This document shows, piece by piece, positions 27,078-38,725 of a stretch of 64,000 nt of DNA (position 1 is its first letter; each line of letters opens with the position of its first letter). Source of the DNA: Ramazzottius varieornatus (lineage: Eukaryota; Animalia; Tardigrada). The notes below the pieces were generated by a model that ran no database searches, was not told where the DNA came from, and worked only from the letters and a program-made list of their open reading frames with translations. The stretch is from positions 2,897,158-2,961,157 of the forward strand of contig BDGG01000003.1 in NCBI GenBank assembly GCA_001949185.1, given 5' to 3'. A program made the translations under genes and the position numbers.

Positions 27078-27824
27078 GTTTTCAGTTGTTAGCTCTTCAT
27101 CCAATCTTCAAAACTCCGTATTGCAGTTATCGGTAGGTTTCCCCGTTGGGATGTTGCTTGGTCCGGAAATACAGTAATTTCGTCGACATCCAGTGTCCTG
27201 AAGCCACGCATCTTTTCCTCTGCAAACTAACAGGTGAGTGGTCCGCGAAATTTCCTCTGATGTGCGTGCCGTAACGCCAAACAGGTACACAGTCACAAGT
27301 CGCCACAGCCAACAGGACGTACCAGAATGCGAAAGAAATGGGAAGTGGGAACGTTTGCACTAACTCAACGTTTGTTTACGTTTGGTAATTAAGTCTTAAT
27401 ATGGGTACTGTTGACTTTGCGATTTGAAGCGTCAAATCAAAAAGGTCCAAAATCAAGTCGTCAGATTGGTCTGCATCATCGCGGTCGGATCAAGACGGCA
27501 ATCAATAAATCAAGTCAGCCTTCCGAGGCTAGATTAAAGGGAGAACAAAGCCGCTATTACTACGGGCTGACGTCACAACGAGTTTTTTGCCATTGTTGTC
27601 GTTTCTGTTTCTAACTTAGAAGTTTGGACATTTGATGGGGATTTCTGGTTTTTTGGGTTAAGCAGGAGCTGCTGCAGTGCTGTTCTTCCAAACTTTGTTC
27701 TTGTAGAGTCCCGCCTGTTTGGAACAAAAGCAGAAAGGAGACTTCAAAGGAGCGACTGGTGAGTAGGGGACAGTGGAAAATTCCTGCTTCCGGCTGATAC
27801 ACTGAGTCGAGTACGTAACTTCTA

Positions 27825-28184
27825 GCGTGGAAACTTCCTATGGTGGAATGTCTGTATTTACAGATGACCTCCCTGACTACAACGGAAGCCGCGTCAACTC
27901 ATCACGTAGCCAAACACTGAACAAGTCTTTGATTTTCGAGCATCCCGTGTGGCGACGGCGGACGCGCTATTCTTCTTGTGAGATCCCTGACGAGAACAAC
28001 CAAGCTTCGGAGAAGACTATAGGTAAGCTTGGAGACTCTTGGTTTTCGTGCGTTGATTTCACTTCGTCAGCACTAGTTCTATGTGCTTGACGCGGCGATC
28101 AAGTGCTGGTTCGTAAGATACAGGCACTTCGGTACGTAGAAAGGGCTGCAGTGTGGTGCTGCGTCACGATACGCTCGAGAGTTA
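27825..28184 (+). CDS. Possible exons of a small uncharacterised gene
   Basis: An open exon flanked by TCTAG and G|GTAAG splices in frame to GTSVRRKG...LES*. No recognisable homology; start not resolved. Confidence 0.25.
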
Positions 28185-28845
28185 AGATGATGTGTCACGA
28201 CAGCAGGTCCTTGAATGCTACGTTGTTGGGTCTACACGTAGAAGGAAATGTTCGCCCGGAAAGTGTAGTCCGCACAGCACAGGAATAGTTAGGTATCAGC
28301 GTCATCTGGGTTTTGTCCTCGAGTGGCTTTGTTGCTCCCACTTCCAGAGAAAATCAGATCATTTCTTCTCTTCTGGAACGAGAAGTCAACAGTTCCTCGA
28401 ACAGGACGACGATGCGATATTAGGCTGCACCTGCGGCCTGCGTTACTGTCGTTTCTTAAGGATCTTAATTTTCATAATATACGTGCGTAATTGAACGATT
28501 ATCTTCCGGGGAAACGTGCTATTGCGCTTGATGACCTTTTTCACACCTTGATACTCCGGAAGAAATATAGAGAGGTCGCTATCCCCGAACACCCGGAAGC
28601 TTCAGGCGTATGCGTGAAAGACTTCTACAGGAATTAATATAGGTAATTGATCTACAGCCTAGTTCTTCCGATCTAAGGACCGATCGGGAGCTTGAAGATG
28701 ATTACTCGACGCTCGCCATACATCTCTTGAGAAAATGGATAATCGAAGCCACTTTGAAGTAGCGCCTAATCTCATAACTATAAGATCCATCTAAATACGT
28801 ATACGTGCCTCTTCAGACATTTTTCTGTTCAGGAAAAGAAGTCAA

Positions 28846-30969
28846 TTACGAAGGCTGAATCTTTGGACGTCGTGTGCAGAAACGGAAAGTTTGAAGGAAC
28901 TTTTGGCGGTAGTCTCTATGAAGGGCGGTGTAGCAAACCGGATTGACCGCTGAGTTCAGGTATGCTGTCCAGTACGAGAGCGTCAGAAACCACCCAGGCA
29001 GCTCAAGACCTTGAAACAGTGTAACGAAGAAGAAAATGTAAAAAGGTATCCAACAAAGCGAGAACGCGATGACCACAGCACCAAGTGTGAGAAGAGCCGA
29101 GTTGTCTCTTTTGGCCATGATTCTAGCTTGCCGTCGGGACATCTTTCCAAACTCTTCGTCTGTGAATGACATACGGCGAGCATTCTCGGGTCCTTCATTA
29201 CTTCGGTTTCCGGAAGGTTCGCCGTTGATCGTCGTACTTTCGGTGGTTGGTTTTGATATGGTGTTATTCACTGTTTCGGCGAACGTTATGGCTTCTTTCC
29301 CACCAAAGACTTTCGGTAAGACGTTGCGTAATCTTCTTCGCATCTTCCACCCGACATAACAGTAGGCCACCACCATTATGACGTAGGGAATCAAGTAGCC
29401 AAGAAATCCGATGACAATCCCTGCGGCGTAATTTTGTGCGGGATCCCAGGCGCATAGCTCGACGGTGTTGTTGTGGTTTAGTCGGTCGTAAAAATATCCG
29501 GGCATCCAAATGACCGCTGTGAAGAGCCATGAGACTAGGATGGTCAAAGTGACGGTTTTCAGTTGGCTGTGGTTCCTGTAACTTATGGGCCATCTTACCG
29601 ACCATAACCTGAAAAAGGCTCAAATCATACTCGGCAAGGAAAACCCGATAAGATCATTTTCCCAAGTGCATTTGGCCGAAAGCGTGCACCACCTGACGAA
29701 ACGATCTTGTCAGGTTGTTTGCCTAGATTCATTTCCGGACTTTCACCGTGGTGCGAAGGTGAAACCTGGGGAACGTCCATCAATTACGTAAGGAGGCCGC
29801 GGGTGGAAGTGGTCCCCGATTTCTTACTATTTCTTACCGCGAGTAGGCGGTAACCGCCTCGGTCTTACGTAAGAAATTGAAAAACAGCTTTCTTCGATTT
29901 CGTAATGTATTTTGATATTCAAACCTATAAAACGTGCCGTGAACGCCACATTCATGCATTTTGAGCGAGAAAGTCTCTGAACCAACGCAGTTTCAGTTAT
30001 TTACCCGTGCTTGCGTGGGGGTGGAATACAGTTCGATCGGCGGACTGCAGGTCAAGCATAGAGCACCACTTCTCTGCCGACCTTCTCATCGGAAGTAGAA
30101 TTATGAAGGCGTAATTCGGGAATGACACTGAGGATGAAAATCCAGAAGACCAAGAATGGGTTCCATGGCCATGACCTCCATCGTGTCATATTGGGGGAGG
30201 GGGAATTCTCCTTCATAAATTTCTTACAGTCGATACAATTTTTAGACAAGTAAAACAATATACACATAGCGCTTTCAGGGTTTTTGACTTCAAGCAGAAC
30301 GCTCCCTAAAACGAGCCGACTATATAGACAGCAATCAAGATCCGTCAGCTTTGAACTTCAGATTTTTCTAGTACGTGATGTCAGTAGATGACTTTTCGCT
30401 AGGGGAGGGTGCTCAGAGTTGTCTGCGAAATTCTGTGTAATTATTCCACTTGGTCCTGGGATTCTTACAATTTTTTACAATTTCTTACATGAGGTGGGTA
30501 GTGGTACGAGCTCTTAATATCAAAACCTTACGCGCCAAATGGACGTTCCCTTGCTAAATAATCGTCTGAATATCAGAACATCAGAGAAAACGTACCTCTC
30601 AATGCCTATGATGCATAAAGTGATAACTGACTCGAAAGTGACGAACCAGTCCGCGAAGACCCAAATGGAGCACATGGGTTCGCCGAACGGCCAATAACCG
30701 TGATAATTGTAGATAGCGAAACATGGCATTACAATCAAGCCTACGATGAAGTCTGCAAGGGCCAAGTTTAGAATCAAGGTGTTGAAAGGAGTACGAAGTT
30801 CCTGAAAACGAATATACGCATAGATAGTGAATCCGTTTCCGGCAAGGGCAAAAAATATAGCGACGGATAAGACGATAAGGATGGGTATGATTTCTTGAAG
30901 ACTTGGTGGACTATAGAGGGCGTTAACTATAGCACTGGAATTATTACCGAACGCATTATTTTGTGCCAT
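28846..30969 (-). CDS. Class A GPCR, aminergic (muscarinic/histamine-like), 2 coding exons
   Basis: GN in TM1, LNLALADFIVG, WPFG..C, Asp at the 3.32-equivalent position (FADW), ERL in place of DRY, CWIPF, NSAVNPVCY. Intron 29609-30595. Confidence 0.92.
29630..29727. repeat. Palindromic repeat family copy, internally deleted (GPCR intron)
   Basis: CTCGGCAA..TTCCCAAGTG..GCGTGCACCAC..ACGATCTTGTC..GTTTGCC. Confidence 0.7.
29768..30551. mobile_element. ~780 bp MITE-like element in the GPCR intron
   Basis: Terminal inverted repeat GGGAACGTCCAT (29769-29780) / ATGGACGTTCCC (30539-30550), with a subterminal CGTAAGG/CCTTACG match and TTCTTAC motifs near both ends. No convincing ORF. Confidence 0.6.
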
Positions 30970-33238
30970 CTCTATTCCCTATTCGGAACGAATATTATAG
31001 CAAAAAGCAGTGCACGGGGATCCGGTAAAAGTAACAAATCGAGCGACTTATTGGCACTAAGGCGGGAGGGAGGATAAAAGGTGTCAACGCTTTCATCAGA
31101 TGGGTGTTACTTTCGAGGTTCGACGTGAAAAGGTAGAAGAAAGGTGAGCGTCGTTTTTCATACGCAACACGAAAGTCCCATCAGAGTTACTCCCAGAGTC
31201 CCAGCAGTGTGGGTTGAGCTCCGGTTGACTATAGTGTAAACTGTGCATAGAGCGGTCTGAACGCTGATTGGAGTAGGGGCAGAAGAAGCCCGATACGCCC
31301 ATGGGATCGGATGACGTCACGCTTCACTAAGAAATAAATTGTAAATCAGGTAACAAATTGTAGGAAACGAACCTAGTTCATGGGACGGGATCACAGGTGA
31401 ATTCTATCCTTAGGTTTCCTAACAAACTTTGTTTCTTTGGGTTTCGGGAGTTTTTCAACCTGAGTGCGACGCTTGGAGTAGAAATACAACCGACATTCGA
31501 GGAAAACCTAGGCAAGTCCGAAGATCACGTTTGAAACCGCAAGAACAGTCTACAGAGCCGAAATTCTCTTCTTTCCCAATCTTGAGGATATTTTCCGAAG
31601 CGATCGCGGTGAAAGTCATAAGAGGGTGTTCTAAAATAGCGTCATCGAACTTCGACCGGAAGATGTTCTCGAGATCGCGAATGAATGAAAGGAAGGACGG
31701 CGTTCCATAACGCAGCCCACCACGGTATAGATGCTCAGCTCACTTTGCGATTGTGCAGTAATGAGTTTCGGGTTTGGTCACGCGTGCGTTACTAGAAAAC
31801 TGAATTCATTGATGTTTCGAAAGGATCCAGCTCTGACTTGGACGGTTGAGGAACCGCCCAAACTCGATAGTCAATTGTAACGAGTATTATCACCTCGGGG
31901 CACCGTGTTTCTCGATTACCAACCCCCGAGATGATCTGGAAAAATTGATTAATGAAGTTGTAAAACAAATGAGACATCACGTACTTTCTTCGACAAGCAC
32001 ATGCGTACACTGCACATGCACAAACGAAAGCAGAAAGTACGTACGTGCTTGTCGCACTCTTGCCGGAATCGCCCAGCTGTCAGGCACCACGATACATGCG
32101 CCATTCGGCGACGCGATATGCATACAAGGTTAGCGGGATATGAGTCGGCTTAAATTTCCACTAACCTGCAACGGAAACACCCACAGAGCGGAGCAGAACA
32201 AAGAGATGACTCTAGGGAAGAGTCAGCAGCAGAACAGACGGCGACAGAAGAGGCCAGACAGACGACAAGAACGATGAAGGTGATGATGGGACAAGTCGAG
32301 GCTTCCACAACAGGCCTGCAAGAAACAGACGGTTAGCCAGCAGATGGTCCACTCTGCGCCGTCAAAGGCTCGAACCAAGCAGTTACTCGGTAAACAGGCA
32401 GAGGGATATAGGGGGGATACAGGGGACGAAGATAGCAAGGGATGCTTGAGAGCAGGAAGATCTCGTAACCTGCCGGCAATCTGATGCAATACACCACCAG
32501 CACTAATCAATAATCAAAAACTTAACCAAACCTATCGGCGACATAGCCTTGTTGCTGTGTTCGATGAAAGCTGGAGTTGATTTAGCTATTGATTGATAGA
32601 GCATTTTACACTATGGTCAACCTACACTGCTTCCAGTGAGTCTGGCCGGGAACAAAGCAGGGTAAATTTAGATAATAATATAGATGCCGCCTCAATACAC
32701 TGCCGCTATCGACGGCGAGGTGTGCCTTTTTGCCACAGTTTCCGCCTCATAGATTATAAGTGAGTTAGTGCGGAGACCGTCGCTGCAAAACCATTCATCT
32801 TTCCTCAAACGTCAAATGAAGCTATTTCCGCACAGAGTGCCTGATGAGTAGCCGGGCTTGACACATTCGTGCTTCAGTGACCAGGGTTCTCGGGCCTCGC
32901 CGCTTTTTCATACTACTCAGAAGACTAGGCCACCTCGGTAGATCTTCGTCTGGAGTACATATACGTACAAGTTGATCACCGTCAAGAGTCTTGTTCAAAG
33001 ATCCCATACAGTCATACGGTAATGCCGTACTCCGTGATCCTCCCTTATACTGGGATCATTCTGCTAAGGGTGCCCTTCATGACGCCGAGAAATCCAGCAT
33101 TATTTGCGGCTAAAGGCTGAATTGGCCTGGTCAACAAAGCACACTGTCCTCTGCGACTACCACGCGTACAGAGAAAATCATACCTGAGATGTGGTATCTG
33201 ATCGGCCTTGATGTTTTCTTAGGGCTGAACCTGCGAGA

Positions 33239-34900
33239 ATGGGACACCTCTCGACAGACCTACCCTACTTCCTGCTTGCGGGACTTCTGCCGTTCTGCTG
33301 GGCAATAAGCACACAAGAATGCTCGCTCGTCATCAACGAAATCCAATTAGAGTCTCTTAACGTCAAAGTCGAGTTCATAGAGCTGCGAAAGAACTGCTCC
33401 GGACCTTTAGACCTCTTGCCATACACCATGCTGCTGTGGCATGGGGCAGCGGGCCAGAAGGGCGTCACCAAGCTGGACCACAAAGCCGCTTTCAGTAAGG
33501 TTGACGCCTCGAACGCCACCTGTAGAACCATGAACGATACCTTGCTGGTTCTTGGTGGTCATGGCGTCATGCCTCTTCTCGACAACACCACGCAGTTTTG
33601 TCACTTTGACTCGTTCGGTAATGAATGGAAGGCGGAAGTAAATAAGCCGACGTTGGACAAGACGGCGAAGACTACGAACGCTTTGACGCTGTACAAGAAC
33701 TTAGACTCCGCAGTGGTTGAGAAGCTGACTTTGAATACGAGCCTGACTGACGAAACTGCGAACCGGAATAATATCGTAGATATCGTTTTCTTCTCGGGAA
33801 GCAAGGGTGGAGGTGGTGAAACCATCAAGAGTCTGCTGTTCCCCGAGTATCAAGTAAGACCACTACTCCATCATATTGGACGTCGGCAAATGACTTGAAC
33901 ATGATCGTTTTCCCCAGTGGCGCTGAAAACGTGCGCTACTTGAGATCATATTGATATTCAATTCACTTACCGATGTCCACATGGTACAGTACTATTATTT
34001 AGTATGCATATGTTGGAACTCGGCAAACGAACTCGACATCACTGCCTTCTTGAGTGGCGCACGTTTCTTGTATTATTGGCTGAGAGCGTGCGTCACCTGG
34101 AAAAAAATGATCTGATCGAGACTGTTCGCTGTGGTCCCTTGTTCTGGTTTTGGTTTCACTTGTGTTTTTAATATTAGGTGGGACCAACCGAGAAGAATAT
34201 CTACTACCGTATTGCCGATAATGACAAGGGGAACGTCACAGCAGAAAACCGGCGATCCTTCTCGTACTGCTGCAACCAGAGCTCGGTTGGTGGGAAATGG
34301 CCTATGGCCTTCAAGTATACAAAACCATCACCCGCTGCAGAGAATAACTGCTCGGACCCGGCCGAGTATGCTTTCGATGCACACGGTACTACCTTCGGCC
34401 TGAATACTGACAGGTGTGATGTTCAAGCTATAGAAAACTACTTCACGAAACCTCCTCCAATAAGCACGCCTCTCACAACTACCGTTCCCTCGACTACCGG
34501 CAAAGTAGTGCCAGCGGCTGACACTGAACGCCGGGTTCGAGATATAGGACTTGGCGTCGGCATTTCGTTGGCTCTGATCATCTTTGGCCTTGTTGCTTAT
34601 GTCATAATCTTGCGCCAGAGACTAAAGTAAGCCTCTTAACCTTAAAGTGGGGGATCCGCAAACAGATTCGACAAGATCGTTTCTTCAAATGGCGCATGCG
34701 TCGAGCTAATAACAGGCAAAGCGTGCGCCACTTGGGAGAGCAATCGAAATACAAATTTCCTGGAAGATGTTCCCAGTTTTAAAACCGGTGTTTTTCTCAG
34801 GTACAACGGTGTTCCAGAGTCGGGAATGGACCGCGCATGTATGAGGATGTCCTGTCTACAGTCGGGTGAAGAAGAGGGCAGGCTGGTGATAGATGCCTAG
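33239..34900 (+). CDS. Type I membrane protein with an extracellular lamin-tail-domain (LTD)-like module
   Basis: Signal peptide, LVINEI..EFIELR..LDLLPYTMLLWHG, PSPAAENNC, Thr/Pro stalk, TM GLGVGISLALIIFGLVAYVIIL and a short tail. Three exons in frame. Confidence 0.75.
33878..33975. repeat. Palindromic repeat family copy, short spacer (intron)
   Basis: GGACGTCGGCAAATGA..CAGTGGCGC..CGTGCGCTACTTG. Confidence 0.75.
34016..34130. repeat. Palindromic repeat family copy (intron)
   Basis: CTCGGCAAACGAACTCGAC..AGTGGCGCACG..TTATTGGCTG..CGTGCGTCAC. Confidence 0.85.
34652..34750. repeat. Palindromic repeat family copy (intron)
   Basis: TCGACAAGATCG..TGGCGCATG..CGTGCGCCACTTGGG. Confidence 0.8.
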
Positions 34901-35929
34901 AGCAAAGTCCATTAAGCCCCGCTTAATTATGAACTGTGCGTAGAGCTTTCCCGAGCAGATCGGTTATCGCATGGCTTAACGTTAGCGTCATAGATGGCGC
35001 TGCTCACTTCCGGGTTCCTTCCTTTGTACGGTAGCAAACTTTCCAGTTCCTTTCGACTTTTGAGAATTTACTTTTTCTACAAAGCTTTAGTAAATTTCAC
35101 TTCAAAACTTCCTGGATTATGCTTCGCACACTTTTGTTGCTTTCCCTTCTGAACAGACGAAAAATCAATGCACGCACTACAGTACAAACATGGGTGACGC
35201 ATTTTCCATTGATAAAAAAGACTCATTCTTAAACATTAGATTTTCCGACCCGTTGAACTCTTTGAACTGCGAACGAACGGCTACGCGTCTAGCGAGTCTG
35301 CGAGGTGAGCTGGGATTAAAAACAGTGAAGGTAAACATTGACAAGTTTTCGACCGTTAGTACAAAGAATGATACGTTACGGTATGACCTTGCGAAATCTG
35401 TGGCGTGAAATCGGACAAAGCGTTGAGGTCAGAACTGAGGTTTGATCCCACCCAGATTTTATTCCAGTTCGTTTTCATTAGTGGCACACGTACGTAGCCA
35501 ATATTACAAGTGGAAAGTTTGGGGCCTGAAATTACGTCTTTTGATTTCTTGCATCAGTATGTGACGCATATTGCTAACAAACTTCTGAATCAGGTAGGTT
35601 TGTTTTAGAGTGTGCATTAGGATCGGCGTTGTGCCGCGTTCGCAGAACTGTCACATCAGACCTTCAAGGAGCCATCACCGTCAGCGTACTTTGTCGCCCG
35701 TGCAGGTAAGGCAGCGAGTCCAGCAGAGCAGAAACTGATTATGCAAGGAAGATTCGAAAATATCCTCGCAGGTCCGCGATATAGCATATTTCGTCAACGC
35801 TGCATTTTAGGACATGTTAGCTAAACTGATTTGCGGAATTAACCTCAGTCTCAGTTCTCAAAACTCTTTGGTTCCTGGGAACGTTACTCGTCTCGAACCT
35901 TTAAGAACGTAAAGTCTGCCTTCACCACA

Positions 35930-37787
35930 ATGTGCTCAATAAGGTTATTTTATTTTTATTGTTTCTTTTGTCTTATATGTTCCATCGGAGGCCAAGAGGT
36001 CGTCACTCAGACTTCTTCCGACTACGAGGAACTCCGAGACGCCTTTCTTCAGGCTAACCTTCCACAGCTTACCGATGAACTTCCCTCGACTACCCTGATC
36101 TCCAGTAATTTTCCGATCTCAACGCAGCCATGGTACAACGAACCTCCCAAGTCCCAATCGAACACCGATGCTACTTCGGGAGATCACAATAGCCATTCGA
36201 CCACCGAGTACCCTCCGTACTGGCATAACATAAATCATAATGCACATCACGGTACTACTCACGACCCCAATGAGATCGAGCAACCGGAGGATACCCGGTC
36301 GACCACGGAATCTCCATATTGGCTCGTTACGGAAAAGGAACCGGAAATGCATACAAACACGGACACTCCCGAACGTTCCACGGACGGAGTACCACCGACG
36401 TGGTTCAACGATCAGTCACTGTGGAATACTGGGTATGTTACCACGGAACATACCACTACTCCGACACCAACTATTCCGGATGAAATAGAGAATGACGATG
36501 AGGATTCGGGAGATCCGGCGGACGATGAGAACAAAGACGGGGAACCTATTGGCCTAGCTGAACCCACAGCGCCAGCAAAATCGATGTTCGAGACGGTAGA
36601 GCATGTCATCGAAATTAGTACAAGTGCGCCACTGCGACCTCACACAACTGGACTATTGGCGACCGTTTACGCGGAAGTACAATTTGACTCGGCAAACCCT
36701 ACGACGGAAAGACCTGTCGGAACCACTCCTGAGATTAGTGGGGTCAACGAAAATGATCTTTGGGATGCCTTACGTACTACTACTCAGCGGGTTACCGATT
36801 TAGGTGAATCCATGTCGGATAACGATGAAGAGGACAAAGTCGGAAACGTAACAACAACGAAGGCTTCGGTGATGAACGTATCTTCGGATTTTTCAATAAC
36901 GGATGATGCGGGTGTATGGAGTGGGAACTACTCTACGCTGTTCAACGATACCTTTTTGCCGGGCAATACCTCTTCGAATTCGTCGGATGGGAATGAGACG
37001 CTGAATGACTTCACGTGGAACGGATATAACGGAAATTACTTTCCGGATCTTTTGAATGCTACAGAGCGGGTCATTGATCTGGGCGAATCAATGTCAGATG
37101 ATGACGAAGAGAAGCTCGAGGATACGTCCGGAAACTCGACGAACGTGTCGACCTCTACAACGCGCACGTATTCAAGGCGGATCCAGCCAACGGTGCTACC
37201 GATACACCCAACTACCCGTTTGACCGGAGATTTTGTACTAGAGTCCTCGATCGTCGTTTCAAGTAGGCAAGATATGGTTAATATGCAAAATATCAAAAGG
37301 GACGTGGGCAAATGAATTGAGCCAGATCATCTCTCCAAGTGGCGCACGCTTTTAGCCAATGTGACAAAAACGTGCGCCACTCAAGATGCGATGTGGTTCA
37401 ATTCATTGGCCAACGTCCCAAAAGATAAACACATCGGCTTGAGACCTGAGTATAAAATTTGCAGATTTTTCTGCTGTTTTTTCAGGAGAGCACCCGGATA
37501 AAGCCTCACACACCGTGCTACTATTTGAAAACGCCGTACACATCTACGGACTCATAGCGTTCGGACTTGCGGTATTGGCGACAGTCATTTGTTGTTGCGC
37601 CTATGGATGCTGTTGTAAAAAGTACGTGCTAAGCTTCTCTTCCCGATTAATAACCGAAATATTCTGACACTTCGATCGGCAGGGTGCCCTATCAGACACG
37701 AACTTATATTACAGAACCAACCGCAGGAGGCAGTATGTGGTGAACGGAGAACCGAAAAGCGTCAGCGATCCCCTGCTCGGTATCTGA
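35930..37787 (+). CDS. Acidic mucin-like type I membrane protein (stop at 37743 or 37787 depending on the last donor)
   Basis: Signal peptide, a ~440 aa Thr/Ser/Asp/Glu-rich ectodomain with many N-x-S/T sites, TM IYGLIAFGLAVLATVI, then CCCAYGCCC. Confidence 0.8.
37299..37419. repeat. Palindromic repeat family copy (intron)
   Basis: GGGACGT..AATGAATTGA..CAAGTGGCGCACG..AGCCAAT..CGTGCGCCACT..TCAATTCATT..ACGTCCC. Confidence 0.88.
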
Positions 37788-38725
37788 CGATCCGAGATTG
37801 CGGTTGAAGAAAATTCCACAAACGCGCTCGACGGATTTAGGAAAGCTGAGTGGCACTACGAGGGCTTCCAGCGAACAATGTGAATCATGCAGTGCAAGTC
37901 ATAGTGCGATCTTTCTTGAGGTTTATTTTAGAACGATATCATTTTCCCTTTGCTTTCGAGTACCTGCTATGTACGGTACGTATCAGTCAATACTGTACTG
38001 TAGTATTTCGAGTCCTTCCTATTTGCTCCGAGTGGTTCCGACCTACGTACATTAGGTGACGATAAAGGGATTTATGGTAATTGGTCTTTGTAGTTTGAAC
38101 TATGAAGGCGTAGAACTACGCGGGGCAAAAAACTGTGAAACTCGAGATAAGCATGGAATTTGCCACCAGTTTACACCGCAATGACTACCGTGCTGCTGAA
38201 TGCAAACACGCAGCAGCACACTGCGTCGCCTTCTTTCACGCCGCGAAATTGTGAGGGAGAACTTCTGGATGTATGGTATTTCAAATTTCACGAAACTGAT
38301 CTTCCGAATATAACTGATGAATCTCAGCGGAGCAGGAATGTCATCTCAATTGTGCGCAGTACAGCATGACATGTTGTATGTATGTAATGTCTGACCTTAC
38401 GAGACTGACTGGACAGGGAGGAAGTGAGAGGGCCGTGTCCATCACATAGGGCGACTGCATGTCCGCGTGTTTTCTCCACTTGGCAAGTTCAAAGGTTTCC
38501 TATCTTGATGCAGCACTGATGTACAGATTCTTATCGTTGCCGGACCACTTCTGACGAAAATTTTCTGGGCTAAAAGGAGAGGCAAAAGTCTACCAGCAAA
38601 CCTTTCTCCGACGTGTCAAAAGCCATTCGAAGGTGCCGGGGAGCAGGTCGGTACTTCTGGAATAATCTCTTGATTAATCACGTAATGGTCACCGGGAATT
38701 AATTGCAGAATAGCACCCATCCACC

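Noticed and set aside
31429-33100. Several 60-95 aa ORFs between the GPCR and the LTD-like gene
   Set aside because: No homology or coherent splice model; likely regulatory or UTR sequence.
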